A stretch of 64,000 nucleotides of DNA from assembly GCA_965235115.1 (NCBI GenBank), contig OZ249445.1:2976001-3040000 (forward strand), in the 5' to 3' direction. Below are positions 33,172 to 46,200 of this stretch, piece by piece. The notes beneath the pieces are model-generated. The model was not told where the DNA came from. It made no database searches and saw only the letters and a program-made list of their open reading frames with translations. The position numbers and the translations under genes were made by a program. Source of the stretch: Laetmonice hystrix. Lineage: Eukaryota. Position 1 is the first letter of the stretch. Each line of letters begins with the position of its first letter.

Positions 33172-36006
33172 CCAAAGCGCCTTCCCTAGCTCCGATAAAG
33201 CTCTTTGTAAGTCAGTTATGATGGTATATTTAGTCACAGAGTTTGGCTGGTGGTTGTAGCGATCCCATTCTGATACAACTCGATGATCAGTTCCTTGCCA
33301 GTGTCTGTGTCAATCGGTCGTCCATCATTTGCCATCACTTGGTGTCTAATCCCCCGTGACACACAATCATTCAGCATCATCACTGCCCTAAATGTGGACA
33401 AGTCCTCAGCATGGCCCCAGCTATATGGCCCCACATCGGACACTTGGGCCCAGGCACCGATGACCCAATCAGCGTATAAAGCATGCCGACTAACACATCG
33501 CATGTGGTCAGTGCTGTAAGTATGTGAATTAATCCCAGATTGATTCTCTGATGTTCTAATGTGCTGCTCATCTTACTGGCGGCTGCAGGATTTCTTACAA
33601 GCGGCACAACATGACAGCACGCTATCGGCCTTGCCCTTTTTAAGCACCCTCCCTCGCCATTGTCATGCCTTCTATGGCCCAGCGACGAAGGGCCATGTTC
33701 AGCCACAGATATTAAAGTGATTTTGCCGTTAGCAGCAGAGGCGTGGGCTCGCCGCGCTAAGGAGGGGGGGGGACGGGGGACCACGTGACCTTCAGACACT
33801 GACCAGTGCTAGTTTGGTCACACAGTGCTGCCCCCACACTGACCACGGCTTCTTGGTGCGACTGTTAGACCGCCCGCACCCCCCCCCCCCCGATCCTACC
33901 AAACAACCCAGGGGAGCCGCAAACTACAGTTCCTAATCACTGGTGTCAGCGGAGCCAGTCGCTCCTGCCCAGTGGCCGTGAGAGGCACCCTAGTAGTATA
34001 TGAATATGGGAATTTATATCAGGTAACTGCAGACCAAGAATAACAGTCACACAGAGAAGGCAGTGAAAAAATTATCTGTCAAATCATTTAGAGTAATCGT
34101 GTCAGACTTATTACCAAATGGAAAGACTTCTTCATGTAAAAATGTATACAGAAATGGAAATATCATTTAAATTACCCCGTAGTATAATAAATCATAACAA
34201 AAACGATGTGGTAAAACGCATTTTTAGAATATTGTTTTTTCAGTGATTATTTTTTCCCCTATTAGAATTACATGCATGGCCACCTATTGGTACATTAAAA
34301 CGCACTTCGTCTCAAATGACTTTGGTTCATTTCCACGCATGTCTCCTTTAAATTGTATTGCTAAGTTGTCTTTTTTTTATTGTTCTAATCTTGTAGTCAT
34401 GCCTTGAGGGCGGTGGTTGGGATGGGATGGGAGGGGGTGGGGGTATGAGAGACCCGGCGTTGTACACCTCCCGAGCCCAGATCCGCGGCAAGGCGCGGGT
34501 CCCCCCACAGCCGGCCCTCCTGCAGATGTGTCTCAGAGGGCCCTTCAATTTGGCGTTTGCAGGCGAGGCAGCCAGCACTCAGGCCAGCCAGATGTGCCAA
34601 TTTTGGCACGTGGACGCTTGTAGGCCCATCAGCCAGGAGGAGAGAGGAAACATGGCTTATATACGACCTGCCCCTGCTCCCACTCGACCAGCCTCCCAAC
34701 ATTAGCCTCTGATGCAGCAACCCCTGCCTCCGGTGATGCCAGAACCCCCAGCCCCATCTTTAACCTAGCTACCCAGACGTCCATGGCACACATCTTAAAG
34801 CTACAGCTTTTTATAACCATCCCAATGGCAAACGGTACCCACATAAAAATCAACTCTTGTTGCTCTGTTGGGTTTCACATCCAGGCGGACTGCCACAAGA
34901 CTGTCTAGCATATTGAGCTGTATTTCCTTCTTGTAGCCATCCAAGATAATGTTGCCTGTAGATTTTTTCTTCGTTTGGGAAACAAACGCTTGGCAATCTG
35001 TGGCCTTACTTTAGCATTGGTGACATTATGATTGAGCGTCACTTTGGGTACAAGTGTAGCGCTCTAAATGCATCAAATAACTAAAGTGGCACTTAGAGCG
35101 TCTGTTGGCTGGAAAGTCATGTTAACATCCTCATAATCCTTTCCATCGCACTGCTACTGTAATTCCTTTTAACACTAATTACATTTCTTAATTGAATGTA
35201 ATTGGGTTATTCCTTACCGGCAAGTACCTGACTGTCAATAAGCAAATTGCTATTTCCTCTCATCAAATCAGACAGCCTTTTTTTGTCGTGAGTGTTGACT
35301 CAATCTTGCGCACTCCTACTCACATTTACTCGTCCAAGTCTGTGTGGAGCCACCAGATTACAGCGTTTAAACTGCAGGAACCTGGCATCTGTTGAAATGG
35401 TGTGGTCAGCCTGTTACTGTATGGAGCGGCGTCCCCCCACCGTCTCACCTACAGACTCGGCGTCTCTCGTTATCATAAGGAGGACATAGCGTGGTGATGC
35501 TACAGTAAATTGGTGTCGCTCTGCCAGTCTCAATCACCGCTGATCCCCGACACAGGTCAGCGCTGGTTCTCCCACACCACCTTCCCTGTGGCTCTGATCA
35601 AATCTACCGTTTTACTACATGTTAATCAATACCAACCCAGCTACGGCCCATGCCAATATGAGCTTCTAATTGGGACAAAAAAGACCCTCATAAGGCTGAT
35701 CAGTCAATGTGCAGGTTTTGTCTTCACCGTTTACATGTTCACATTTTGTGGACCGCCTGCCTGCCAACCAGGGTGGCTGAGACGTGCCGTATCCATGGAA
35801 GCCACGCTGATGTGCACGTTAGCGACGCGGCTGACGACAACGCTCTGTGATCGTTGTCAGCAGCTGGTGAGCAGGTGGCTGATCACCGCTCCAGCCCCAG
35901 CCATGTGGCTTGCCTTCCTGACTGGTAGCACAGCACAGCAGCAGGATCTTCTGCTTGTTAACAATGATGACTGGTCGGGGGATTCTGGGGTTGAACCTAA
36001 CGGTAA

Positions 36007-36272
36007 CCGTTACGTTTGGTAGTTCAGATCTCGGGGGTTCGGTTGGTGGCTCAGATCTATGGGCGTCGGTTTCGGTTGGTGGCTCAGACCTAAGGGCGTC
36101 GGTTACAGTTGGTGGCTCAGACCTAAGGGCGTCGGTTACATTTGGTGGCTCAGATCTAAGGGCGTCGGTTACGGTTGGTGGCTCAGACCTGAGAACGTCG
36201 GGTACAGTTGGTGGCTCAGACCTGAAGACGTCGCTTACGGTTGGTGGCTCAACCTACGGGCGTAGGGTTACG
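36007..36272. repeat. 33-bp degenerate minisatellite, about 8 units
   Basis: Unit about GGTGGCTCAGACCTAAGGGCGTCGGTTACAGTT; explains the repetitive ORFs 35955-36449 and 36059-36265. Confidence 0.88.
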
Positions 36273-37879
36273 AGGTCAGAGGGTAACGTTTTGGTTGGGG
36301 TATTGGTTAGATCCAAGTGCAGTACTGCAGTACTACTCTCCAGGGTACTTTTCCAGAAATTCGACAGGACAAAGAAAAATGACTGGCTGGCAAATATTCC
36401 AAGTAAAATACCCACTTATAAGTGCAGACGTTTTTATATCAGTGAATGAACGATTCCATATAAACAATCAATTCTCTGGCCTACTGAGTACACATAGCTT
36501 TGAAAATATGGTAATGCAGAATCTCTGTTTCCATCTTTAACGGTTTCAAGTATTGCAGCTAAGATTTCCTGATTTATATAGAATTTTAAAGCCTTGAATT
36601 GCCGTGGTTATGCCATCCAGGTAATCTACTTAGTCCCAACGCGTGTACGTGTCTTTATCTGCTTAGTATGCATGTATTCTGTGTGAAGCTATATATGTGT
36701 GTGCATGTGAACGTGTGTAGTTTAGCTGCACAAATATTTACTTGAAGTATACCGATGAGAACCATGGAGAGCCCACCTGTCACTCAGGTGTGCACGGAAA
36801 GAGCAGCACTTAGGAAACATACCTGTGTCATCTATACATGTGTGCATTTCTTTTTTTCTTATTTAATCCATGCATGTTAGTTTGATATCAAGCGTGCATT
36901 TCTCAAAATGACACGACCCAGGTAGTTTCCCGCACTCCTCCTCCAGTGAGGTTCACAACAGGAGCAAGTCAGGCCTCATGTCGCTGCCTCCTGTACAGTG
37001 GCAGAGTAAATTATTCACCCAGGAATGAGTGGAAGCATGAGCATGTGAAAAGCCGGGATGAAAATAGGGCATGGTGAATAAGTGAGCACATAAGACATGA
37101 AGGGCCTGAAAGGGCCAGGTCTCGGCCTCAAAGACTGGTCACTCGCCTGGACAGCTGACATGAAAAATAAATTTATGTCATGCCTCACATGAAGGGAGTT
37201 CATTTAGCGCGGTGTTCGTTTTGACTACCGATGGCGAGGGCGGGGTGGGGAATAGGTCGGGTGATCGGTGGGCTGCTTTGGGTTAGCTTGGCTGGTCTTG
37301 CGCCCCCTGTTAATGCACACCTTGCTCCACGGGCTGTCCGATTACCCTGAGAAATAACAACCACACACACACCCATACACACACGTGGGGTGAACTTCAG
37401 GCTTCCGTGCTGGCGGCATGGGTGCGCTAGTTGGTGCCTGGCTGCGTAGGTACGTACATGCCGTGTGTAATGACACATCAGAGCTTAGATCACCAGTCAT
37501 TCAGGTGTGGCCTCACCAGTCATACCAGCCAGATCTTCGCTGCCGCTGTGGTGATCAGGTGGGCACGGTGAACAGAGAATCGTCTCCCACACACTCGTGC
37601 CTCACTGACGCTACCTGCTTTGACCCTGGCTTTGACTCCTCACTGCCCGCTGGTCATTTCGCCTTTGGGGAGCCGAGATGGCATGATCGACTCGATCCCG
37701 AAACGATCCCGAGTCAGCCACTCTTGATTGATCCCAACTCGGTATCTAAGCGGAGCTGGTTTAGTGTGCCGTAATAGCAGCAGTATTTGTAGTACCCATT
37801 GCACCCGGTCAGCATTGCCACATCCGACAACCTACCCCTATGCTTTATCAGACCCCGCGCTCGCTTCCAGTGCCATGTT

Positions 37880-37895
37880 CTGCTGCTGCAGCTGC

Positions 37896-37977
<82 letters not shown>
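37880..37977. repeat. Interrupted (CTG)n microsatellite, about 33 triplets
   Basis: CTG run with one CAG and two CTT interruptions. Confidence 0.97.
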
Positions 37978-38616
37978 ATGGCCGGATCTGCGGTTGGTGG
38001 ACGCAGGCTGAATGCATGCATGTGTGCGCAGACGGTGTAGCGTGGCCTGGCCTGGCGTAGCATGGCGTGAAGCAAGCAGGCCTCATAGTCAGATTGGTTC
38101 CTTTGCCTAGACGCAAGAACTGGCTGAGAGGGGTAGGTTAAAAACATCAGCGAGACGGGCTAAGCCACAACCCTCTTTCTGTTACGCTACATCCAAATAA
38201 AAACACCAATTGCTTCCATCCAATCGGTTTTTGTCGCCTTCTGCTCACCCAACAACTGGAAACCAAGGTTTCTGATATCAAATATTCTATTACGACTTCA
38301 GAGAAATTCAACTTTCTGCTCTCCTTCTGAACCTTTGAAAAAATTGAAGATGCAAGTATCAGTTCGATTGCACATTTTTTTCAACCACATAAAACCCTTT
38401 AACTTAAATAAGAAACGAGAATAACCCTTCCTTTCGCAGATCTTTGGTCTCAAGGCCTGAAATGTGGACAGACTTTCATGGTTTATTTTAAGGGCGTGTG
38501 GCCTACCCCCAAACCAAGAACAAGTCCATGGTGTAGCAGATTTTCCCTGGGGAGAGATCAACAAAGACAAGAGCTAGTGACCAGGAGAACTGCCTTGGAA
38601 CCAATGTCAACCGACC

Positions 38617-38617
<1 letters not shown>

Positions 38618-38680
<63 letters not shown>
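38618..38680. repeat. (CTG)n microsatellite, about 21 units
   Basis: Pure TGC run. Confidence 0.97.
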
Positions 38681-40629
38681 AGGCCAGTGCCATCGCAAAC
38701 AAGTAGTATATCAAAAGTGACCTTAGCTCCAGGAGGGAATCGTAGCCTTGATCAGATCAAATAGCCCCAAAACAAAAACAATATATCTATAACACTACGA
38801 CTTTGTCTCCGGTGTAAGAACAGGTTGAAGATAAAGAAGAGAGATGATATAAATAATTTAAAGGATGATCAACATCCGTGGTGAAAGTCACCGTTACCAA
38901 GAGGCTTCATTTTCACAGAGACTAAAACATAGAGCACCACTCTTACTACCATAATATCAATGCATACTACACAGCTACTTCTATCCGGTACCAAACTACC
39001 TGATACTCTGTTAATAGGAACTTCTGTATGTTTCTAAGCTTTGACTTTAGGTCCCTATCATGGAGAATAAGATGGTAAAAGTGGCCACTTACTTTCATGG
39101 TTGTACTGTCCCACTGAAATCATAATTAATAAAACATGTACTGCCTATAGTTATTGGTGGATACAATAAAGGACAAAAAAGAAACTGCAGTATACTGCCT
39201 GTGAGTACTACACAGAAATACATTCTTTCTCTGCTTCTAGCGAAGTCTGCCATAGACAAAGTACGACCATTTATAGTTCTATTCAAGTTACATTACACGG
39301 CATACACGACATCTCATGCAAAGTACTACTGGCAAGGCATGCAATGTCCGGTATTTTAGGCATGTAATTCTGCATTAATTATTACCACAGTGGGGTACGC
39401 CAGCTAGGCTGTGGCACTGATATAATTACAGCCAAAGCATGGAAATTAGAAGTGGCGAAAAAAGGGGCAAAAATTGAAATTTTAGCCCCCAAAATTATGG
39501 GGCCGTCTCAACAATGCATGCAAATGGCAACGTGCCACTAGAGTTATTGAGGCCAATTGTATTGCCTTTCTACTGCAAATTCCTTAACAAGCTACAGGCA
39601 CAGAAACCGGACTTCTTACAGCTATGGCATTCAGGTTCAGGGGGACAAGATGACGAAGAAAGATAACATTCTACCACCACCGCCAACACCACAAAACACC
39701 ATTGCCACCTCTTAGTAGGCATTAATGGGCTCCGTGGGATAAACAGTCTGTCAACTCATGGCTGCTTCACAGAGGAAGCACTTCTTGTTATTTTAGCACT
39801 TTACTCTGGCATAACAGAAAATTCCCACCCTTTTAAATCTTCAGCCTTGTAGGTATTATCTCACTCTCTTCCCTATGTAGAGAAAGCGGATTTTAATTGC
39901 AGTCTTGGCTCCCAGTATTTTGGAAACAACAAATATTCCGAATCAAAATAACTTCAACTAATTTTAACACTGTATTGGTAACAAGGGCTTAACATTTTGA
40001 ATTGCAACAATCAACTTAATATGACAATTATCATCATGCTAAAATGGAACCCCAAATCCCCGGCCCCTCTTTTACGAACTAAGGGATTGCAGGGTTCCCC
40101 ACATGTAAAGACATTACGGTAGTTTGTACCACCCAAATCCTGACACATTACATTTGTTATAATACCAGGGTAAATACGAAAAAGAAACGCTCATGTCTAA
40201 GAAAGCTCCTCATCTGACAACAAAGACTGGTACAACTGAAATATTTTGATTATAAAACCCCCAAACTGATTTTAAGTAAACCCAATGATGTCCATACTTA
40301 GATTCAAAATTTACCCAAACTTCCATTCCGGGAGCTTTTATTAGAGATCATCAGATAAGGGTTTTACAATGCCGTCTCTGCTCTTTGCTGCAGCCTAGAT
40401 GGTTTGCCAAATCGCAGGATCGGGTACCGTTGCTGCGTGAGGTATGGGGTGATTGGGAGGTGGGAGGGGGTCGTGTGTTTTGGCGGGAAGAGGGAGGGAA
40501 CACTAGATCCATGGCCTGCCCAGCACGGTCACCTTCCCAACAGCAGGGAGCTCATGCCGACTGTGGCCAACCGTCAGATCTCTTGCCAGATCTGGTCGTC
40601 CTACGTGCTATAAATCGGCCGCCTCCCAT

Positions 40630-42065
40630 CCCTGACTGCACACTCACACACAGGGTGTCTTGCCCAGCCCCAGACCTGCCGAGTCCAGCCTAAATCACCC
40701 CTGACTGCACTCACACACCCACACCCCCACAGGGCGTCTTGCCCAGCCCCAGACCTGCCGAGTCCAGCCTAAATCACCCCTGACTGCACACTCACACACG
40801 GTACACCCACTCACACACACCCCGTCTTGTCCAGCCCGAGACCTGCCGAGTCCAGCCTAATCCATCCCTGACTGCACACTCACACACCCACTCACACACA
40901 GGGCGTCTTGCCCAGCCTCAGACCTGCCGAGTCCAGCCTAAATCATGCCTGACTGCACACTCACACACCCACTCACACACAGGGCGTCTTGCCCAGCCCC
41001 AGACCTGCCGAGTCCAGCCTAAAGCATCCCTGACTGCACATTCACACACCCACTCACACACAGGGCGTCTTGCCCAGCCCCAGACCTGCCGAGTCCAGCC
41101 TAAATCATCCCTGACTGCACACTCACACACCCAATCACACACAGGGCGTCTTGCCCAGCCCCAGACCTGCCGAGTCCAGCCTAAATCATGCCTGACTGCA
41201 CACTCACACACCCACTCACACACAGGGCGTCTTGCCCAGCCCCAGACCTGCCGAGTCCAGCCTAAATCATCCCTGACTGCACACTCACACACCCAATCAC
41301 ACACAGGGCGTCTTGCCCAGCCTCAGACATGCCGAGTCCAGCCTAAATCATCCCTGACTGCACACTCACACACAGGGTGTCTTGCCCAGCCCCAGACCTG
41401 CCGAGTCCAGCCTAAATCACCCCTGACTGCACTCACACCCCCACACCCCCACAGGGCGTCTTGCCCAGCCCCAGACCTGCCGAGTCCAGCCTAATCCATC
41501 CCTGACTGCACACTCACACACCCACTCACACACAGGGCGTCTTGCCCAGCCTCAGACCTGCCGAGTCCAGCCTAAATCATGCCTGACTGCACACTCACAC
41601 ACCCACTCACACACAGGGCGTCTTGCCCAGCCCCAGACCTGCCGAGTCCAGCCTAAATCATCCCTGACTGCACACTCACACACCCAATCACACACAGGGC
41701 GTCTTGCCCAGCCCCAGACCTGCCGAGTCCAGCCTAAATCATCCCTGACTGCACACTCACACACCCAATCACACACAGGGCGTCTTGCCCAGCCCCAGAC
41801 CTGCCGAGTCCAGCCTAAATCACGCCTGACTGCACACTCACACACCCACTCACACACAGGGCGTCTTGCCCAGCCCCAGACCTGCCGAGTCCAGCCTAAA
41901 TCACGCCTGACTGCACACTCACACACCCACTCACACACAGGGCGTCTTGCCCAGCCCCAGACCTGCCGAGTCCAGCCTAAATCATGCCTGACTGCACACT
42001 CACACACCCACTCACACACAGGGTGTCTTGCCCAGCCCCAGACCTGCCGAGTCCAGCCTAAATCA
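40630..42065. repeat. 81-bp minisatellite, about 18 units, two-block higher-order structure
   Basis: Unit about CTGACTGCACACTCACACACCCACTCACACACAGGGCGTCTTGCCCAGCCCCAGACCTGCCGAGTCCAGCCTAAATCATCC; period 81 (for example 40980 to 41061). Confidence 0.95.
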
Positions 42066-42710
42066 AGACATCACTTTCATCTGACTCTGGGCGATCACAA
42101 TCCCTCTACCCTTCACATCTCAGCTGGCCATGTTTAACAAAAATACAACCAAATACTGCTCCCGGGTAATTGTTGCTGGTGTAAATCACACAGCAATAGG
42201 CCAGGCTGACAGATAACTAAGGCTCTGCATCATGTACTGGAGGAGGGAGCCCCCCACAGGAGTCATCGCCGAGATAAGACGTCCAGCGAGTGATCATGAA
42301 ATACGCTATCAAGGCATCGCCATCTTTCTCTTTATACATAGATCTCCTAAATATCAGGCTTTCTTCAAGTTCGGACCTACAGTTGCTTAGTGTTATCTGG
42401 TCCCCACCATCTATCCCTCATGAAAGCGTCTCAGCAATGCCTTATTTCAAATAACCAAATGGAGCAAACGCGTTCAATAACTTTGGCCTATTGAAGGTTG
42501 GAAGCTGTCCTACAGAAGTACGGACTCTCTTGCCCACTGTAGAATTTACTTTGCGTTTGTTATCCACTCATGGATTGCTAACTTGCCCCACATTAATAAC
42601 AGTTCAACTAGGCAAAATAACTAATATTCTGGCGCTGCGGACTGATAATTTCGGTGGGAGTGATTCGACCACGCCATACCCCACGCGGGTTTGACCTATC
42701 TTGGATATTT

Positions 42711-43230
42711 GTGGGAAGGAGGGTTCACGATTCATCCCCTGCTCGGTGTGACCGGTGGGAAGGAGGGTTCCCATCCCCTGCTCGGTGTGACCGGTGGGAA
42801 GGAGGGTTCCCATCCCCTGCTCGGTGTGACCGGTGGGAAGGAGGGTTCACGATTCACCCCCTGCTCGGTGTGACCGGTGGGAAGGAGGGTTCCCATCCCC
42901 TGCTCGGTGTGACCGGTGGGAAGGAGGGTCCCCCATCCCTGCTCGGTGTGACCGGTGGGAAGGAGGGTCCCCCATCCCTGCTCGGTGTGACCGGTGGGAA
43001 GGAGGGTCCCCCATCCCTGCTCGGTGTGACCGGTGGGAAGGAGGGTTCCCGTCCCCTGCTCGGTGTGACCGGTGGGAAGGAGGGTTCCCATCCCCTGCTC
43101 GGTGTGACCGGTGGGAAGGAGGGTTCTCGTCCCCTGCTCGGTGTGACCGGTGGGAAGGAGGGTTCTCGTCCCCTGCTCGGTGTGACCGGTGGGAAGGAGG
43201 GTTCCCAATTCATCCCCTGCTCGGCGTGAC
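42711..43230. repeat. 39-bp minisatellite, about 13 units
   Basis: Unit about CCCTGCTCGGTGTGACCGGTGGGAAGGAGGGTTCCCATC; explains the overlapping ORFs at 42654-43312. Confidence 0.95.
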
Positions 43231-46200
43231 CATCCAGAGTTCAGCCACATTTAACCTGACATCGGGTCTCCAACTTCCCTTCACTCCACATAGACATTAC
43301 TCACTTCATTAAGTACCCCGACTGGCGTGGCTGGGTGCTGCTATGCTATTCTACATGCAGTGTTCTACAACTGGGAAGCGATTTAATGCTGTGCTGACCA
43401 GCAGTGTGATCCAATTACAAACAAGGACACTACTAGGACATAAAGACCAGTTCCAATGGGACAAGACAGGTCACTCTTTCTACAGCTACTACTGGTTACA
43501 ATCTGACACTAGGGGGCTCTCATCTAATACTAATAGCAATACAGCGTGATTTCTGAAGGCATCTAGATGAATACAACAACTACTACACATATTCTGAGCC
43601 AATTAAAACGGAGAGCTATGACAACCAATTATCATAATGTTTACATTGTTCTTATTTATCCCAGTGCGGGTTCAAGGAGTCCATACAGCGCTCTGTGTCT
43701 GAGGATGGTTTAATTTTCTCATCAGACATCCTGGTGGCGCTCATGGTAGGCGAACACATGAACGGGCGAGGACAAAACATTGGTGGGGGGGGGGGGGGGC
43801 ATGGGGCGGTCTCTGCATGGAAGCGTGCCAGAGCTGGCGGCTGCCCCAATGAATAGACCGCCTTCAGAGGGGTGAAAGGCATTGGGTCAGACATGGCGGC
43901 AAGCCGTCTCACACACATAAGGCAGACCAAGGTACGGCTCCTAGGCCTCCCAAGACTTCAACCATGCCCTGCTACAGCAATGAGCTCACTGCCTTCATCA
44001 GTAAAACAATACAGTGGCTGCAGCCTAACCGGGTCAGTCGGTCACACCTCCCGATCCACCCCTCAGCTTGTGTTGCGCCCAGACTCGGCCAAGCCGAACC
44101 AGACCCTGCCAGGCCCCATTCCCGCTGGACAGAAATAAACCAATATCCACACATTTGCCTCATTTGTAATCACCACAGGAGGTCAGGAATAAATCCACCA
44201 CAAAATGCAATGATGCCGCAGTTCAGGTGGGAGGATCAGGATTTTTTTAAAGCAATTTTCCTCAAGGTCACGTCGGGCGTGAATTTGAAACACTGGTTGT
44301 TGGCAGCAGCTTAAAGTTGTGGCCTGGAACCGACTTGGTGACCTTGAGATTGGTTTCACTGGTCAATGCTTGGTCACTGGGCACAGGAATGAAGGACGCC
44401 ATGTCCAGGCTGACCTGGCCACCCCTTTGGCATTAAATGTGCCATGCCTCATTCGCGAGTAGCCGCACTTGTGTGTATTAGCGGCCGTGGCCGGCATGTA
44501 GGTCAACATTGCGCGATTAGAACAGACCGACCACGCTGCCCTTGTGCGCCTGGCTGCCCGTCGCCGACAACATGCCATGATATCTCCCAAACAGTTCCCT
44601 TGCTCCGCCACTAGCACCCCCATTTGGGATCCACAAATTCTGCCCGACACCCTGGTCAGCCTGTTCTAATGGTATTGTTAACCGGCGTCGGCGATCGCAG
44701 GCGTTGCTTCTCTGGCTAGAAATGGCAATATAATTTCCCTCAAGGGCCGAAGACACGAGATTAAATGAGGAATTACATAATGTTGCAGCTAATCCGGACT
44801 GTTTGTACAGTGGGGATGGCACAGATTTTTTCTCCACTCCCAATGTTGATTTTTCTGATTTGTCAAATTAGAGAATCAAGACAATGCTGATGTCCCCAGA
44901 GAAGAGTTGTGTGAGCCGTTATCGGCGTGTTATCTGTAGTGAGACGATCAGATTAACTATTCCCCCTCAATTCGGAATGTCTGCGGGTCACACCAAATAA
45001 AGCTTTCTTTATTCACCCTTAATGCTGCAACTTTAAGAACATGCCGCCGGTTTAGATCTGACATTGTACTTTAAAGCTCAACTTATCCCTTCAACTGGAT
45101 CCAGCCTTTATAATAATTGACTTGAGTCTTGTGAAACCGACTGCCTTTAGGAGGCACAACAAAGGAAGTGGATAGTTTTTACTTAATTCCAATCTTCCTA
45201 TTGTGCTAGGTTTTGAAACGTGTAATATCTGCTTCAACTGTTTGGTTGGTACTCACATGGGTAGGGAGTGTGACCTTGCGACCCATTCTGGCCTGAAGCA
45301 CGTGCCATGCCTACGTAAGAACCCACAATTATTCAGTATTTCAACATTATGTATAGTATTCTCTTTGCTACGCTAAGAAAATTGTGCCAAACAGCCAGGT
45401 TAAGTCTAAATTGTCAGTCTCAATATTCACATGAATTCTTACTCGTTATCCTGTCATAAAAAGATATTTAGACGTCATATTACCTAAACTACCACCAGAG
45501 GTCTCTGTATGTCTCTCACAAAACAGGAAGTAGGGGTGAAGAGGAGGCTGGAGAAACAGCGAGCGAGTTATCGCCAGCACAGTGACAGTCACCTTATTAG
45601 ATCATCACATCGCTAACAGTGTGCTACACTTATGGAACATGTGCCCACTTACAAGCATAATCTACTGATAGCACACACTACACTGCACCCCAGCAGCCAC
45701 AGACAGAATGACAACGGTCTCCCAGGCAGTAAAGATACACCAATGAGCCATCTAATACGACTATCTTGTCCCATTTCTTCTACTAAGTTCTACTGAATCT
45801 GATATACACCATCTGATTACTGAAGAAAATGAGCAAAACATAGCGAGTAATGTTGTTAACAGATTTAGGGTAGTTGGAGCCAGAATTAGCCTGAGCACAA
45901 TGCCACTTTCCAGATACTACTTATGCTCGTCCATTCCCAGTCCCCGGACCATGCATACAACGATTGCAGATTATTTTGCGGCCCCGCGAGAACAGAATCG
46001 TAGAAATAGAAATTTAAACAACTGCGTCACACTCACACTGTAATCCTTATTTCTTAGCGATCATTTTTACTTTCCTTTTAAGTCTGCATGTACAGATGAG
46101 AATTTAGTCCCTCACGCTATAGTTGCAAGCCATATTGCAACCGGTCTCCCCTTATGGACGCCAAAGAAACTGATGACTGCGCTTCTGACCTAAATGTTAC

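Noticed and set aside
34760-34960. Minus-strand GNIILDGYKKEIQLNMLDSLVAVRLDVKPNRATRVDFYVGTV, vaguely like DNA-transposon accessory proteins
   Set aside because: Short, bounded by stops, and no family can be named with confidence.
25250-38720. Poly-Ala, poly-Cys, poly-Ser and poly-Leu ORFs
   Set aside because: Translations of CAG/CTG microsatellites.
40918-42019. Cys/Trp-rich repeated ORFs (CEWVCECAVRHDLGW...)
   Set aside because: Translation of the 81-bp minisatellite.
42654-43312. Several long overlapping ORFs with repeated peptides (PARCDRWEGG, GVTGGKEG, LPTGHTEQG)
   Set aside because: Artefact of a stop-free 39-bp unit (multiple of 3); no flanking splice or coding context.
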